From Felis catus (lineage: Eukaryota): DNA of 64,000 nucleotides. This document shows positions 51,675 through 63,353 of the stretch, in pieces (the first letter of the stretch is position 1; every line of letters starts with the position of its first letter). The stretch covers positions 64,420,001 to 64,484,000 of the forward strand of contig NC_058368.1 of the NCBI RefSeq assembly GCF_018350175.1, written 5' to 3'. The position numbers were made by a program, and so were the translations under genes. The notes beneath the pieces are model-generated. The model saw only the letters and a list, made by a program, of their open reading frames with translations. It was not told the DNA's origin and did no database searches.

Positions 51675-53754
51675 CTGCTTTCTCCTCTAAGGTTTTGATG
51701 GTTTCCTGTCTCACATTCAGGTCCTTTATCCATTTTGAGTTTATTTTTGTGAATGGTGTGAGAAAGTGGTCTAGTTTCAACCTTCTGCATGTTGCTGTCC
51801 AGTTCTCCCAGCACCATTTGTTAAAGAGGCTGTCTTTTTTCCATTGGATGTTCTTTCCTGCTTTGTCAAAGATGAGTTGGCCATACGTTTGTGGGTCTAG
51901 TTCTGGGGTTTCTATTCTATTCCATTGGTCTATGTGTCTGTTTTTGTGCCAATACCATGCTGTCTTGATGATGACAGCTTTGTAGTAGAGGCTAAAGTCT
52001 GGGATTGTGATGCCTCCTGCTTTGGTCTTCTTCTTCAAAATTCCTTTGGCTATTTGGGGCCTTTTGTGGTTCCATATGAATTTTAGGATTGCTTGTTCTA
52101 GTTTCGAGAAGAATGCTGGTGCAATTTTGATTGGGATTGCATTGAATGTGTAGATAGCTTTGGGTAGTATTGACATTTTGACAATATTTATTTTTCCAAT
52201 CCATGAGCAGGGAATGTCTTTCCATTTCTTTAAATCTTCTTCAATTTCCTTCATAAGCTTTCTATAGTTTTCAGCATACAGATCCTTTACATCTTTGGTT
52301 AGATTTATTCCTAGGTATTTTATGCTTCTTGGTGCAATTGTGAATGGGATCAGTTTCTTTATTTGTCTTTCCGTTGCTTCATTGTTAGTGTATAAGAATG
52401 CAACTGATTTCTGTACATTGATTTTGTATCCTGCAACTTTGCTGAATTGCTGTATCAGTTCTAGCAGACTTTTGGTGGAGTCTATCGGGTTTTCCATGTA
52501 TAATATCATGTCATCTGCAAAAAGCGAAAGCTTGACTTCATCTTTGCCAATTTTGATGCCTTTGGTTTCCTTTTGTTGTCTGATTGCTGATGCTAGAACT
52601 TCCAGCCGTAGCAATCTCTTATTCGACACATCCCCAAAGGCAAGGGAATTAAAAGCAAAAGTGAATTACTGGGACCTTGTGAAGATAAAAAGCTTCTGCA
52701 CAGCAAAGGAAACAACCAACAAAACTAAAAGGCAACCAACGGAATGGGAAAAGATATTCGCAAATGACATATCGGACAAAGGGCTAGTATCCAAAATCTA
52801 TAAAGAGCTCACCAAACTCCACACCCGAAAAACAAATAACCCAGTGAAGAAATGGGCAGAAAACATGAATAGACACTTCTCTAAAGAAGACATCCGGATG
52901 GCCAACAGGCACATGAAAAGATGTTCAGCGTCGCTCCTTATCAGGGAAATACAAATCAAAACCACACTCAGGTATCACCTCACGCCAGTCAGAGTGGCCA
53001 AAATGAACAAATCAGGAGACTATAGATGCTGGAGAGGATGTGGAGAAACGGGAACCCTCTTGCACTGTTGGTGGGAATGCAAATTGGTGCAGCCGCTCTG
53101 GAAAGCAGCGTGGAGCTTCCTCAGAAAATTAAAAATAGACCTACCCTATGACCCAGCAATAGCACTGCTAGGAATTTATCCAAGGGATACAGGAGTACTG
53201 ATGCATAGGGCCACTTTACCCCAATGTTCATAGCAGCACTCTCAACAATAGCCAAATTATGGAAAGAGCCTAAATGTCCATCAACTGATGAATGGATAAA
53301 GAAATTGTGGTTTATATACACAATGGAGTACTACGTGGCAATGAGAAAAAATGAAATATGGCCCTTTGTAGCAACGTGGATGGAACTGGAGAGTGTGATG
53401 CTAAGTGAAATAAGCCATACAGAGAAAGACAGATACCATATGGTTTCACTCTTATGTGGATCCTGAGAAACTTAACAGGAACCCATGGGGGAGGGGAAGG
53501 AAAAAAAAAAAAAAGAGGTTAGAGTGGGAGAGAGCCAAAGCATAAGAGACTGTTAAAAACTGAGAACAAACTGAGGGTTGATGGGGGGTGGGAGGGAGGA
53601 GAGGGTGGGTGATGGGTTTTGAGGAGGGCACCTTTTGGGATGAGCACTGGGTGTTGTATGGAAACCAATTTGTCAATAAATCTCATATAAAAAAAATAAA
53701 TAAAAAATAAATAAATAAAAAAGCAGTCTTAAAAAAATAAATAAAATAAAAAAA
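51675..53754 (+). mobile_element. Young feline-type L1, 5'-truncated with 5' inversion (inverted part 51675-52606; sense part 52603-53754)
   Basis: Minus ORF 51637-52629 is ORF2 RT (LFADDMILY); the plus ORF from about 52607 continues ORF2 downstream; aataaa and A-rich tail; TSD taaaacagagtctcttc at 51658-51674 and 53755-53771. Confidence 0.98.
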
Positions 53755-53771
53755 TAAAACAGAGTCTCTTC

Positions 53772-53997
53772 GGGGCGCCTGGGTGGCTTGGTCGGTTGAG
53801 CGTCCGACTTCGGCTCAGGTCATGATCTCGCGGTCTGTGAGTTCGAGCCCCGTGTCGGGCTCTGTGCTGACAGCTCAGAGCCTGGAGCCTGTTTCGGATT
53901 CTGTGTCTCCCTCTCTCTCTGCCCCTCCCCTGTTCATGCTCTGTCTCTCTCTGTCTCAAAAATAAATAAACGTTAAAAAAAATTTTAATATAATAAA
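53772..53997 (+). mobile_element. Young CanSINE (SINEC_Fc)
   Basis: ggggcgcctgggtggc head with many intact CpGs; TSD agagtctcttc at 53761-53771 and 53998-54008. Confidence 0.98.
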
Positions 53998-54138
53998 AGA
54001 GTCTCTTCCAAATAGACTGAATAACTATAGAATCCACGGGTTTGGGATAGCGCCTAAAATTCTGTACTTGAAACAAGTCCCTAGTTGATGCCAAAACTTC
54101 TGCTTCCTGGGGTGGTACCTACTTGGAGTAGTATGCAA

Positions 54139-54330
54139 CACTGGTTCCAAAACTTTAAGTATGGATCAGGATCCCCATGTGACAGTGTTGAAACAAATTT
54201 CCTTGGCCCCAGGTTTCTGATTCAGTGTATGCGCAGAGGGAGGGAGGTGGATAATAATCCGTATTTCTGACAAACTCCTAAGGTGACACTGCTGATGCGG
54301 TTCTGGGGACCCAATCTCGAGAACCACTGG
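54139..54330. mobile_element. MER5A-like DNA transposon
   Basis: ctggttccaaaacttt ... gtttctgattcagt ... gtatttctgacaaactcc ... gagaaccactgg terminal motif. Confidence 0.7.
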
Positions 54331-55089
54331 TCCAGAGAGCTCTCAGAACCCTGAAGAATTTTGTCTTAACTTTTGGAGTATCTAGAGAGAGAACAGTTTC
54401 AAATTACAGTTTCAGATCTGTTGGTTCTTTCTTGCTATCTCATCCTCCAATTGCCAGCCCGGCATGACTATCTGTGGGTTTAGAGCCTTATGCTATGTTC
54501 TGTGGAGAGCTACAGTGGGATTTAAAGAATTTGTCTTTGCCTTTGGGAGTTGGCAATTCATAATAGGATACGAGCCAGAAATAAAATGACAGCGGTATGA
54601 AGAAATTTTATGTGTGATTATGTGAGGATTAAGTACAAGGAGATAAGGGAAAAGACTAAGAAAGGTGTTGATTTTTATTACCTAGATGTATGGTTCAAAT
54701 CAGCCAGATGTGTCAAACAACATTATGTGGGAAATACGGGTCATAGCATTGAGTCTCAGAGGAAAGATGCACAATCTGTTGGAGAAATTTTCAGTAAGGA
54801 TTGCAGCTTAGAACTGGGATGTCATTAGTACCAGTTTGAAGACTTTTCAGAGGATACTTTTGCATTAAAGTTCGTAAAGACTCGTGGTAGGCATGTTGTT
54901 TGGTGAGAAAAAGATAGACATTGTGAGACCTTAGTCTAGTCTAATTTAATATTAAGAGCTATCAAAATTGTTAATTATATAGTATCTGATCTTTTTCATA
55001 GTAAAATGAGGACTAATGTGGAAATGAATGAACATCATCTAGATGAGAACAGTCTACTCATTCAGAGCAGAGGAATCAGTCACCTTCAG

Positions 55090-55410
55090 AGACACAAAGA
55101 TAAACAGGGCAATGAGAAAGGTTTGTTGGTGGGTTGGGGGTAGGAGAGTAGAGAGAAGTTTTAGATAACACTCTAGTAGGAGAGTGTTGGCATTTGGAAG
55201 CTGGAGGTGGGCTAACTAGAATCAGGGCATGTGCTTGGTTTGGAGAACATACTAATTTTCTTTGGTTGGTCCTGACTACAAAGTGGAGGCAAAAACAGGA
55301 ATGCCAGCAGTGACTGACCAGTTCATTATTATTCTGGGCGGATGGATGCAGAGACTGCGGGTCAGAGTTCATATGTCATTATGGCCTGTATATTCAGCCT
55401 CTCTGTACAT
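55090..55410. mobile_element. Old LTR remnant (ERVL-like, possibly MER54/MER74 group)
   Basis: tggttggtcctga...aacaggaatgccagcagt...gactgcgggtcagagttc...gtatattcagcctctc. Confidence 0.45.
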
Positions 55411-55964
55411 ACTTTCGTTGTCTTACTGGCAAGAGGTTGATCAATTCAGGGACAGCTGAAGATCCAGATCTTCATTGAACAGGGATTGTTCAGTTGTCTC
55501 CATACCCAACTGTATCATAAGAATTTTTTGACCTTTTTGTTACTGTAGTATCATGAAAATTTTTGATGAGAATAACTACACAAAAGCTTTTGGACTAGAT
55601 AGAATATAATGGATCAACATCATGACCACTATGACAAAAATGGTAACAATGACCCGTACCTATAAGATGCTTCAGAACCAATCTGGACTATCAGAACAAA
55701 TAGTGTCGATTTTGAGCATCAACCTTAGGTACATATTATATAGTTTTTTTGCTTAGGCCAATGTAGTGTCTATTCTACTTAGCTTGTTCATTGATGCAAG
55801 TACAACAAGAAGGACTAGCAGTAACACAGATGCCACCATGGTGAAAGGAAAAAAAGAATCTAGAGCAATGCAATTATTTGTCATTACTTGTGTCAGCTTG
55901 TTGAGACTGATCTGTATTCAAGGTAGAGGGAGTATCATTAGTAACTCTGAGTTAGTGGTTAACT

Positions 55965-56090
55965 CTTTATTTTTAAATAGCTTTATTGAGGTATAACTTA
56001 AATACCACAAAATTCACCAGCCTCAAGGGTGCCATTCAGTGACTTATAGTAAATTTAGAGTTTTGTACCCATCACCATAATCCAATTTAT
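55965..56090 (-). mobile_element. L1MB-like 3' end fragment
   Basis: agctttattgaggtataact...aaaattcacc...tagtaaatt...ccatcaccataatccaattt. Confidence 0.7.
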
Positions 56091-56206
56091 GTATTTATTT
56101 TTTTGAGGTATAATTGATAAGTATACATGATGATTTGATGTAAGTGTACACTGTAGAAGAATTTGCTCCATCCAATTAATTAACATTTTCATCACCTCAT
56201 ATTTTT

Positions 56207-56443
56207 ACCTTTTTTTCTCCTCCCTCCCTCCCTCCCTCCTCTTCCTTCCCCCTTCCTTCCCCCTTCCTTCCCCCTTCCTTCCCCCTTCCTTCCCCCTTCC
56301 TTCCCCCTTCCTTCCCCCTTCCTTCCCCCTTCCTTCCTTCCCTCCGTCCTTCCCTCCGTCCTTCCCTCCATCCTTCCTTACTTCTTTCCTTACACCCTCT
56401 TTCTCTCCCTTCCTCCCTCTTTCCCTTTTTCCTTCTTTGCTTT

Positions 56444-56516
<73 letters not shown>

Positions 56517-56518
56517 TT
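56207..56518. repeat. About 310-bp polypyrimidine/polypurine compound repeat: (CCTTCCCCCTT)-type units, then (CTTT)n
   Basis: Direct reading; (CTTT) about 17 units at about 56445-56512. Confidence 0.97.
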
Positions 56519-56861
56519 GGTAAGAATATTTAAGCTGTGCTCTCTTAGCAAGTGTCAATCGTATAATACAGTGTTATTAACTATAGTCACCATGTTATAC
56601 ATCAGATCCTCAGATTTTATGCATCTTAAAACTGAAAGTTTGTATTCTTTTGTCAGTCATTCTGTTTCCTCCCTCACCTCCCCCACCCCTGGTAACAACT
56701 TTTCTTCTCTGTATGAGTTCAACTTGTCTCAGATACCACATACAAGTGATTTCATGCAGTTTTGTCTTTCTATGTCTGACTCATTTCACTTAGCATAATG
56801 CCCTCATTTCATCCATGTTGTCATAAATGGCAGTGTTCTCTTCTTAAAGCTGAATAATATT

Positions 56862-56863
<2 letters not shown>

Positions 56864-56898
<35 letters not shown>
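56864..56898. repeat. (TG)n microsatellite in L1 3' region
   Basis: Direct reading. Confidence 0.97.
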
Positions 56899-56900
<2 letters not shown>

Positions 56901-57894
56901 TTTCTTTATTCATTCTTCATTGACAGGTCCTTAGATTGTTTTCGTACTTTGTCTATTTGAATAATGTTGTAGTGAACATGGAAGTGCAGATATCTCTTCG
57001 AGATAATGATTTTTTTTCCTTTGGGTATATACCCAGAAGTGGGACTGCTAGATCCTGTGGCAGTTTTATTTTTATTTTATTGAGAAAGCTCCATACTGAT
57101 TTCTATAGTAGCTTATTAGTTCGCATTCTCACGAACAGTGTACAAGGATTTCCTTTTTCTACATCCTCTCCAGCATTTGTTATCTCCGATCTTTTTGATA
57201 TTAGCCATTCTAATAGGTCTGAGGTGATACCTTACTGTGGTTTTGATTTGCATTTTCCTGATGATGTGTCATGCTGAACACATTTTCATGTACCTATTGG
57301 CCCTTTGTAGCTCTTCTTTGAAAATAATGTCTATTCAGATCCTTTGCCTTTTTAAAAGTAGTTACTTTGATTTTTTTGCGATTAAGTTGTATTAGTTCCT
57401 TGTATGTTTGGGATATTAATCCTTTATCAGATATGTGGTTTGCAAATATTTTATCCTATTCCATAGGTTGCCTTTTCATTTTGTTGATGGTTTCCTTTGC
57501 TGTGCAGAGGCTTTTTAGTTTGCTATAGTCCTACTTGGTTATTTTTTGTTTTGTTATCTTTGTTTTTGGTGTCAAATTAAAAAAAAATAAGCAAATTTCA
57601 AGGATGATATCAAGGAGTTTACTTGCCCTCTGCGTTTTCTCCTAGGAGTTTTACAATTTCAGTCTTACATTCAAGTCTTTAATCCACTTTGAATTGATGT
57701 TTGTGCATGGTGTAAGAAGGGCTTCAGTTTCATCTTTCACTATCCAGGTTTCTCAACAGTATTTGTTGACTAGCCACTGATTTCCCCATTGTATACTCTC
57801 AGCTCCTTTATTACAAGTTAATTGACCATGTTTTTATGAGTCTATTCTCAGGGTCTCTGTTCTCTTCCATTCTTCTGTGTATCTGTTTTTCCCC

Positions 57895-58075
57895 ACCAAG
57901 TTTGTTTATTTTGAGAGAGAGAGAGACAGAGACAAAGAGGTAGTGCAGAAAGAGAGAATCCCAAGCAGACTCAGTACAGAGCCTGACATGGGGGTTGATC
58001 CCATAAACCATGAGATCATGACCTGAGCTGAAATCAACAGTTGGACGCTTAACCAACTGTGCCACCCAGATGCCA
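57895..58075 (-). mobile_element. CanSINE nested in the older L1
   Basis: gagatcatgacctgagctgaaatcaa core; degenerate TSD tgtatct(g/a)tttt. Confidence 0.92.
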
Positions 58076-59989
58076 CTCTGTATCTATTTTTATGCTGATA
58101 CCATACCATTTCGATAGCTTTGTAATGTAGTTTAAAATCAGAAGGGTGATTTCCAGCTCTGTTCTTTCTCAAGATTTTTTGGCATTTTAGGGTCTTTTGT
58201 GATTTGATAAAATTTTGGGATCAGTTTCTCTGTAACTGTGAGAAATGTCATTGTACCTTTTGAAGAGATTATATTGATCTGTAGATCACTTAGGGGTATT
58301 CTGGATATTTTAGCAATATTCTTCCAGTTCCTCAATATGTGCCATCTTGCCATTTAGTTGTGCCATCTTCAATTCTTTTCTTCAATTCCTTAAGACTTTT
58401 CAATGTAGAGATCTTTCAGTTCCTTGGTTAAATGTATTCCTAAGTATTATATTCCTTTTCATGCTCTTATAAATGAGATTTTCTTAATTTCCCTTTCTGG
58501 GAGTTTGTTGGTATACAGAAACACAACTGATTTTTGTATATTTGTATCCTGAAACTTTACTAAATTCATTTATTTTAACAGTCTTTTGTTAAAGTATTTA
58601 GGGTTTACTATATTTAATATGTCATTTGCAAAGAGAGACAATTTTACTTCTTTCTGATCAGAATATCTTTTATTTTTATCTCTTGCCTAATTTCTCTGGC
58701 TGTGATTCCCAGTAGTATGTTGAATGAAAGTGGTGAGAGTTGGCATCCTTGTCTTGGAAAGCTTTTAGCTTTTCACTGTTGAGTATGATGTTAGCTCTGT
58801 GGGTTTGTCATATGATTTTTGTTACGTTGAAATAAATTCCCTCTACACTCAGTTTGTTGGGAATATGTATCATGAAAAATTATTACATTTTGTCACATTC
58901 TTTCTCTGCATCCATTGAGATGATCATATGACTCTTCCCTTTATTTTGTTAATGTGGTATATGACATATATTATTTTGCAGATGTTGGACCATTCTTCCT
59001 TCCCTGGAATAAATTTCACTTGATCATGATGTACAATCATTCTAATGTGTTGTTGAATTTAGTTTGCTAATACTTTAAGGATTTTCACACCTATAGCAAT
59101 ATTGGTTTGTAATCTTCTTTTGCTATAGTGTCCTGGTCTGGCTTTGGTGTCAGGGTAATCCCAGCCTCATAAAATAAATAAATTTGGAAATAGTCTCTCC
59201 TCTTCTGTGTTTGTTTGTTTGTTTTGGTTTGGTTTGGTTTTATTTATTTTTTTTATTTATTTATTTTTGTTTTAGTTTGAAAAGGATTGGAATGTTTTCT
59301 TTTTTAAATGTTTGATAAAATTCACCAGTGAGTCCATCTTATCTTGAACTTTGTTGGAAGAGTTTTAATTACTGATTCTAATCCTTACTAATAATTCCTC
59401 TGTTCAGATTTTCCTTTTCTTCATCATTCAGTGTAGGTCAGTTGTATGTTTCTCGGAATTTATCCATTTTTTTCAAGCTGTCCAATTTGTTGGCATATAA
59501 TTGTTCATAGTTCTCTCTTGAGAGATCCTTTGTTATTTGTATGGTATCAGTTGTAACATCTCGTCTTTCACTTACAATCTTGAATCTTTTTTTTCTTGGC
59601 AAGTCTAGCTAAAGGTTTTAGCTACTTTATCTTTTCAAACAAATTCAGCTCTTTCATTAATGACTTTCTTTGTTTCTTATAGTCTTTGGCTTAAAGACTA
59701 TTTGTGTAATATACCTACCCATGCTTACTTTTGGTTTCCATTTTCCTGGAATATATTTTTTCTATTTCTTTATTTCCAACCTGTGTGTGTCCTTAAAGTA
59801 TAAGTGAGTTTTGTGGGGCAGCATTTAGTTGGGTCTTGTTTTTTTTTTGTTTGTTTTTGTTTGTTTGTTTGTTTGTTTTTGTTTTTGTTTTTTTTAATCC
59901 ATTCAGCCTATGTCTTTTTGGAGAAATTAGTCCCGTAAGATTTAAATTGATAATTGATAGATATAGACTTACTCTTTCCTTTCTCCTGG

Positions 59990-60282
59990 TAAGGACAGGA
60001 GAGTGTAAGAGTGGCAGGAGTTAGGTGTTGCCACAGTGAAAAGTACCACGATTCTCATAAAATGTTTGGGGTACATATTTGGCTTCCACTAGTTGGTCCT
60101 AATTGGAATAAAGGGACAGAAATAGGAAAGCTGGAAGATATTAACAAAGTCGTGGATATTCTAAGGTGATTGCTACAGAGGTGATGGTGTGGTTCCCAGG
60201 CTGGTTGCTGTATACATTGTGAATCAGAATTCATTTGTCATATATTGTAGAGCCAATACCCACTGGTATATTCTATCTTTCA
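59990..60282. mobile_element. Old LTR remnant, apparently related to 55090-55410
   Basis: tagttggtcctaa...aataggaaagctggaag...ttgtgaatcagaattc...gtatattctatctttca. Confidence 0.45.
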
Positions 60283-61775
60283 CTAAATTCTTAAAATGAA
60301 ATTTAAAACATAAAATTTTAAAGCAAAATGTAAACGAGTTGGGATGCCTCTTTCATAAAGTATGGCAAATATAAACATATTATACCTAATAAACTACATT
60401 TGTTTGTTCCCCTTTCACCCTAAACCACACAACCTCTTAAGTGACAAAAGTTACAGGAGTTTAATGATGTAAATTGTAGTTGTAATATTAAAATAAGAAA
60501 GCAGAATAGTAATTTCAGTCTAAGCTTTTCACTGCCTAATATGTATGAAGTAAGTCCCTTGGGAGAAAGCTCCCACAGGAAGTGTTCAATTAGCATTGTG
60601 TTAGATTGCCAAAACCCAGTTGAAACCAAAAGCACCCTATGACCAGGGTTAAAGGGTGCGATTTGTCTTTTTTCTCTGTCATTTGTATCCTAAGAAAGTT
60701 TTAACATTTTCTTTTCAAGTGTGTGTTTTCTGCTTCACAAACACCTGGGGGAAGGCTGTCAAAAATCTACATTTCTAAGGCCCACAAGTAGGAGCTTTTA
60801 ATGAACCCAATTTTAAAGCCTTTAAAGGCTCAAGTTTAAAATAAAATGATTGGCCCAAAAGGTATTACAGGTTTCACAGGATGAGTAGCTTTCTTTGTTT
60901 GTTCGTTTTATAATTACTAGCATAAAAACAAAGACAGAAGGAACAATTTTATATAACTGTGTTACAAAATATACCACGATTTAGAAGAGTTAGCAGAAAA
61001 AAATCTTAAAATAAGTCAAGAGAATTATTTTTGAAACAGAATTATTACAAGTTACTTCTTGTTTACTTGATAAATAAAAAGTCTCATGAATCATTTTAAT
61101 TTGTGGTATCTCTAGGAAACATGTGTTTGTGTATACTTGTGTACTTACAAACGATACTCCTTCTCCAGCAATAGGTCTCAATCTTTGTCTTTTTACCCTT
61201 GTTGTTTGAAATAGATAACAAAGTAAATATTTACTTCTTTCATTTTAATCTTTATATCTCTTCTTTAGTTTCATTCTCCTAAGTGGTAATTGAAGGAATC
61301 TGCTAATTCCAAACTATATGGAATGGTATAATTTCAAAGAAGTTTGGGATTAAAGCTTGCTCTTTAGAGGAAATACACTTGTAGTAATAATTTTTGACCT
61401 GTGTTCAAAGAATTGTCCCCAGTGTTGTTTAAATATTATCTCTTGCTCTTAATTATTCTGCGACAAAATTTATTCAATTCCCCAAATTGTTGTCACTTGA
61501 AAGGAATTAAAACACTTTTGGAAAGCTAATTAGGGGTCTTTTCATAGTTTTCTGTTCCTTCCCAAAAGATATATTGAACTAGGAAGAAAATAAATCATGT
61601 ACTTGGATTCCGAGCTTAAAAATAAAGACTTGAATAAAGAGTCTTCAATTAATTCGTTGTCTTCAACAATTTAATACCCCTTTCTTCCCAAATATTGTAT
61701 TGCTGGTCTGTAAAGGTCTGACTAAAATTAAAGATCGTTTTCTTTGCTCTGTGCTACTGGTAGATACTATATGCT

Positions 61776-62005
61776 AAGGGATTGCAAACTGTGGCCCATG
61801 GGTCAAATCCAACCCACCAATTGTTTTTTAAATAAAGTTTTATTGGAACATAATCACAGCCCTTCATTTATTTATTACCTATAACTGCGTTCAAGCTACA
61901 ACTCCAGAGTTGAGTAGTTGTCAGAGACACAAGATAGCTCACCAAAAACCAAAACCAAAAAAAAACCTTACTGCCTGGCTCTTGACAGAAAAATTTGCCA
62001 CAACT
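61776..62005. mobile_element. MER58A-like hAT-Charlie DNA transposon
   Basis: ggggattgcaaactgtggcccatgggtcaaatcc...aaataaagttttattggaaca...cagagttgagtagttg...acagaaaaatttgcc. Confidence 0.85.
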
Positions 62006-63353
62006 TTTTTTCAGTAATTAACTTTTTAATTCAGAAATATGTCCTGAATTAAAGGCAAGAAAGAACTATTCTCTAATTATTCTTGACTTCTATTCCTGAT
62101 ACCCTAGTGGGCATTTTTGTTTTATCCTTCCAACCTTATTTCTTGAATCAACTGTCTCCTGAAGTCTTTATATAAATGTCTCTGACTGGTATGACTCACT
62201 CCTCTGTGTTGCCTCTGTATTTGGCAGATGCTTGCTCTGCCAGTGTTCTCACCATGAAGTTTAATTACATTCTGCACGTCTGTGTTCCCCACTCTCTTGG
62301 GACCTCCTTGAGGACATGGACAAGACTAGTACCGTGGTCAGTGAGTGCTTGTTGAATTACATGTGGATTAGAATAGGATTGTAAGGATTGCTGTCTAGAT
62401 GTGCCAGGACTAGATTCACAGCATGTATAAGGCAAGATAGGTGAAATAACAAGTGATGTGGAAGCAAAGGATCGGATTCTTTCTGTAATATGACATGGAA
62501 ATTGCAACTAGAAAAGATTATTAATAATAATTTTTTTTAAAAAAATGATTCACCTTCCTTAGTTTTAGAATTCATTAAGCTAAGGAAGGAGGGAGGCATG
62601 GGTGAGGTGGGAGGGAAGAATGTGTTGGAGAATGAAAGTTAAATGATTAATTTTTGTGTGGCAGAGATTGAACCCCTAAGTCATTAAAAATAAAGACTCA
62701 CTTTTAAGATATTAAAATTTTTTAATCTTCATTTCCACAGATAAGTTTTGTATATGTATACACCTGCATATATTCACACACAGACATATGTGATTGCGAA
62801 CTTTAGATTGAATTCAGAAAAATGAAGTCCCATTAAATTATCTTTGAGTAGCAGTCTTGTCAAATTATAAGAAATGCATAGTGATTCATAGAGGAAAACA
62901 AGGTGGAATTGTCAAAACCTGGGTCTCAGTGGGCTACTGAGTAAATTTTTTCTTGGAACTTCAAGAAAATTTGTTAATCACAGAATATAGTCCTTATTAA
63001 TTTGGAATAAAGAAGTAGTGTGTTCTTTCTTTTAGGCTAACACATTTCAGCACTTTGTGCAGGCCTGACACACAGTGGATACTCATACATCCTTGCTTCA
63101 TGCATTATACAACTAGGGCAGCTGAACCTTTTATTCTGTCTCAGACATACTGTGAATCTGGCTACCAGTTGACCATAAAGAACCATTGGCTTAAATCATC
63201 CTCACATCTAGGGATCCAACCAAAAGAAACTGCTGTTTTCCTGCTAGTCCCAGGGAGATGTGGATTGTCCTGCCTAGGAACAAATGCCACAGGATTATGA
63301 ATATTCTTGGTCATATGTGGAACTAAGGGGCAAGGCTAAATTAAAACCAAGTA

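Larger units (their letters stand above)
51604..54135. mobile_element. MER5-like (hAT-Charlie) element split by the L1 and SINE (halves about 51604-51674 and 54009-54135)
   Basis: tgtttctcaaactttaatgtgcaaagaaatcacc...taaaacaga | ...gggtttgggatagcgcctaaaattctgtacttgaaacaagtccctagttgatgc. Confidence 0.65.
56091..59972 (-). mobile_element. Older L1 (L1MA9/L1_Carn-like), 3'UTR through ORF2 to the endonuclease region, degraded
   Basis: ctctcttagcaagtgtcaatcgtataatacagtgttattaactatagtcaccatg 3'UTR; antisense ORF2 remnants including PLAR (about 59604) and IFQENGNQK (about 59730-59755). Confidence 0.88.

Noticed and set aside
52295..53233. 312-aa plus-strand ORF overlapping a 330-aa minus-strand ORF, suggesting a novel bidirectional gene
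   Set aside because: Both are chimeras across the L1 inversion junction (antisense ORF2 joined to sense ORF2). There is no promoter and the element is 5'-truncated.
56205..56558. 117-aa K/E/R/G-rich ORF
   Set aside because: Translation of the polypurine simple repeat.
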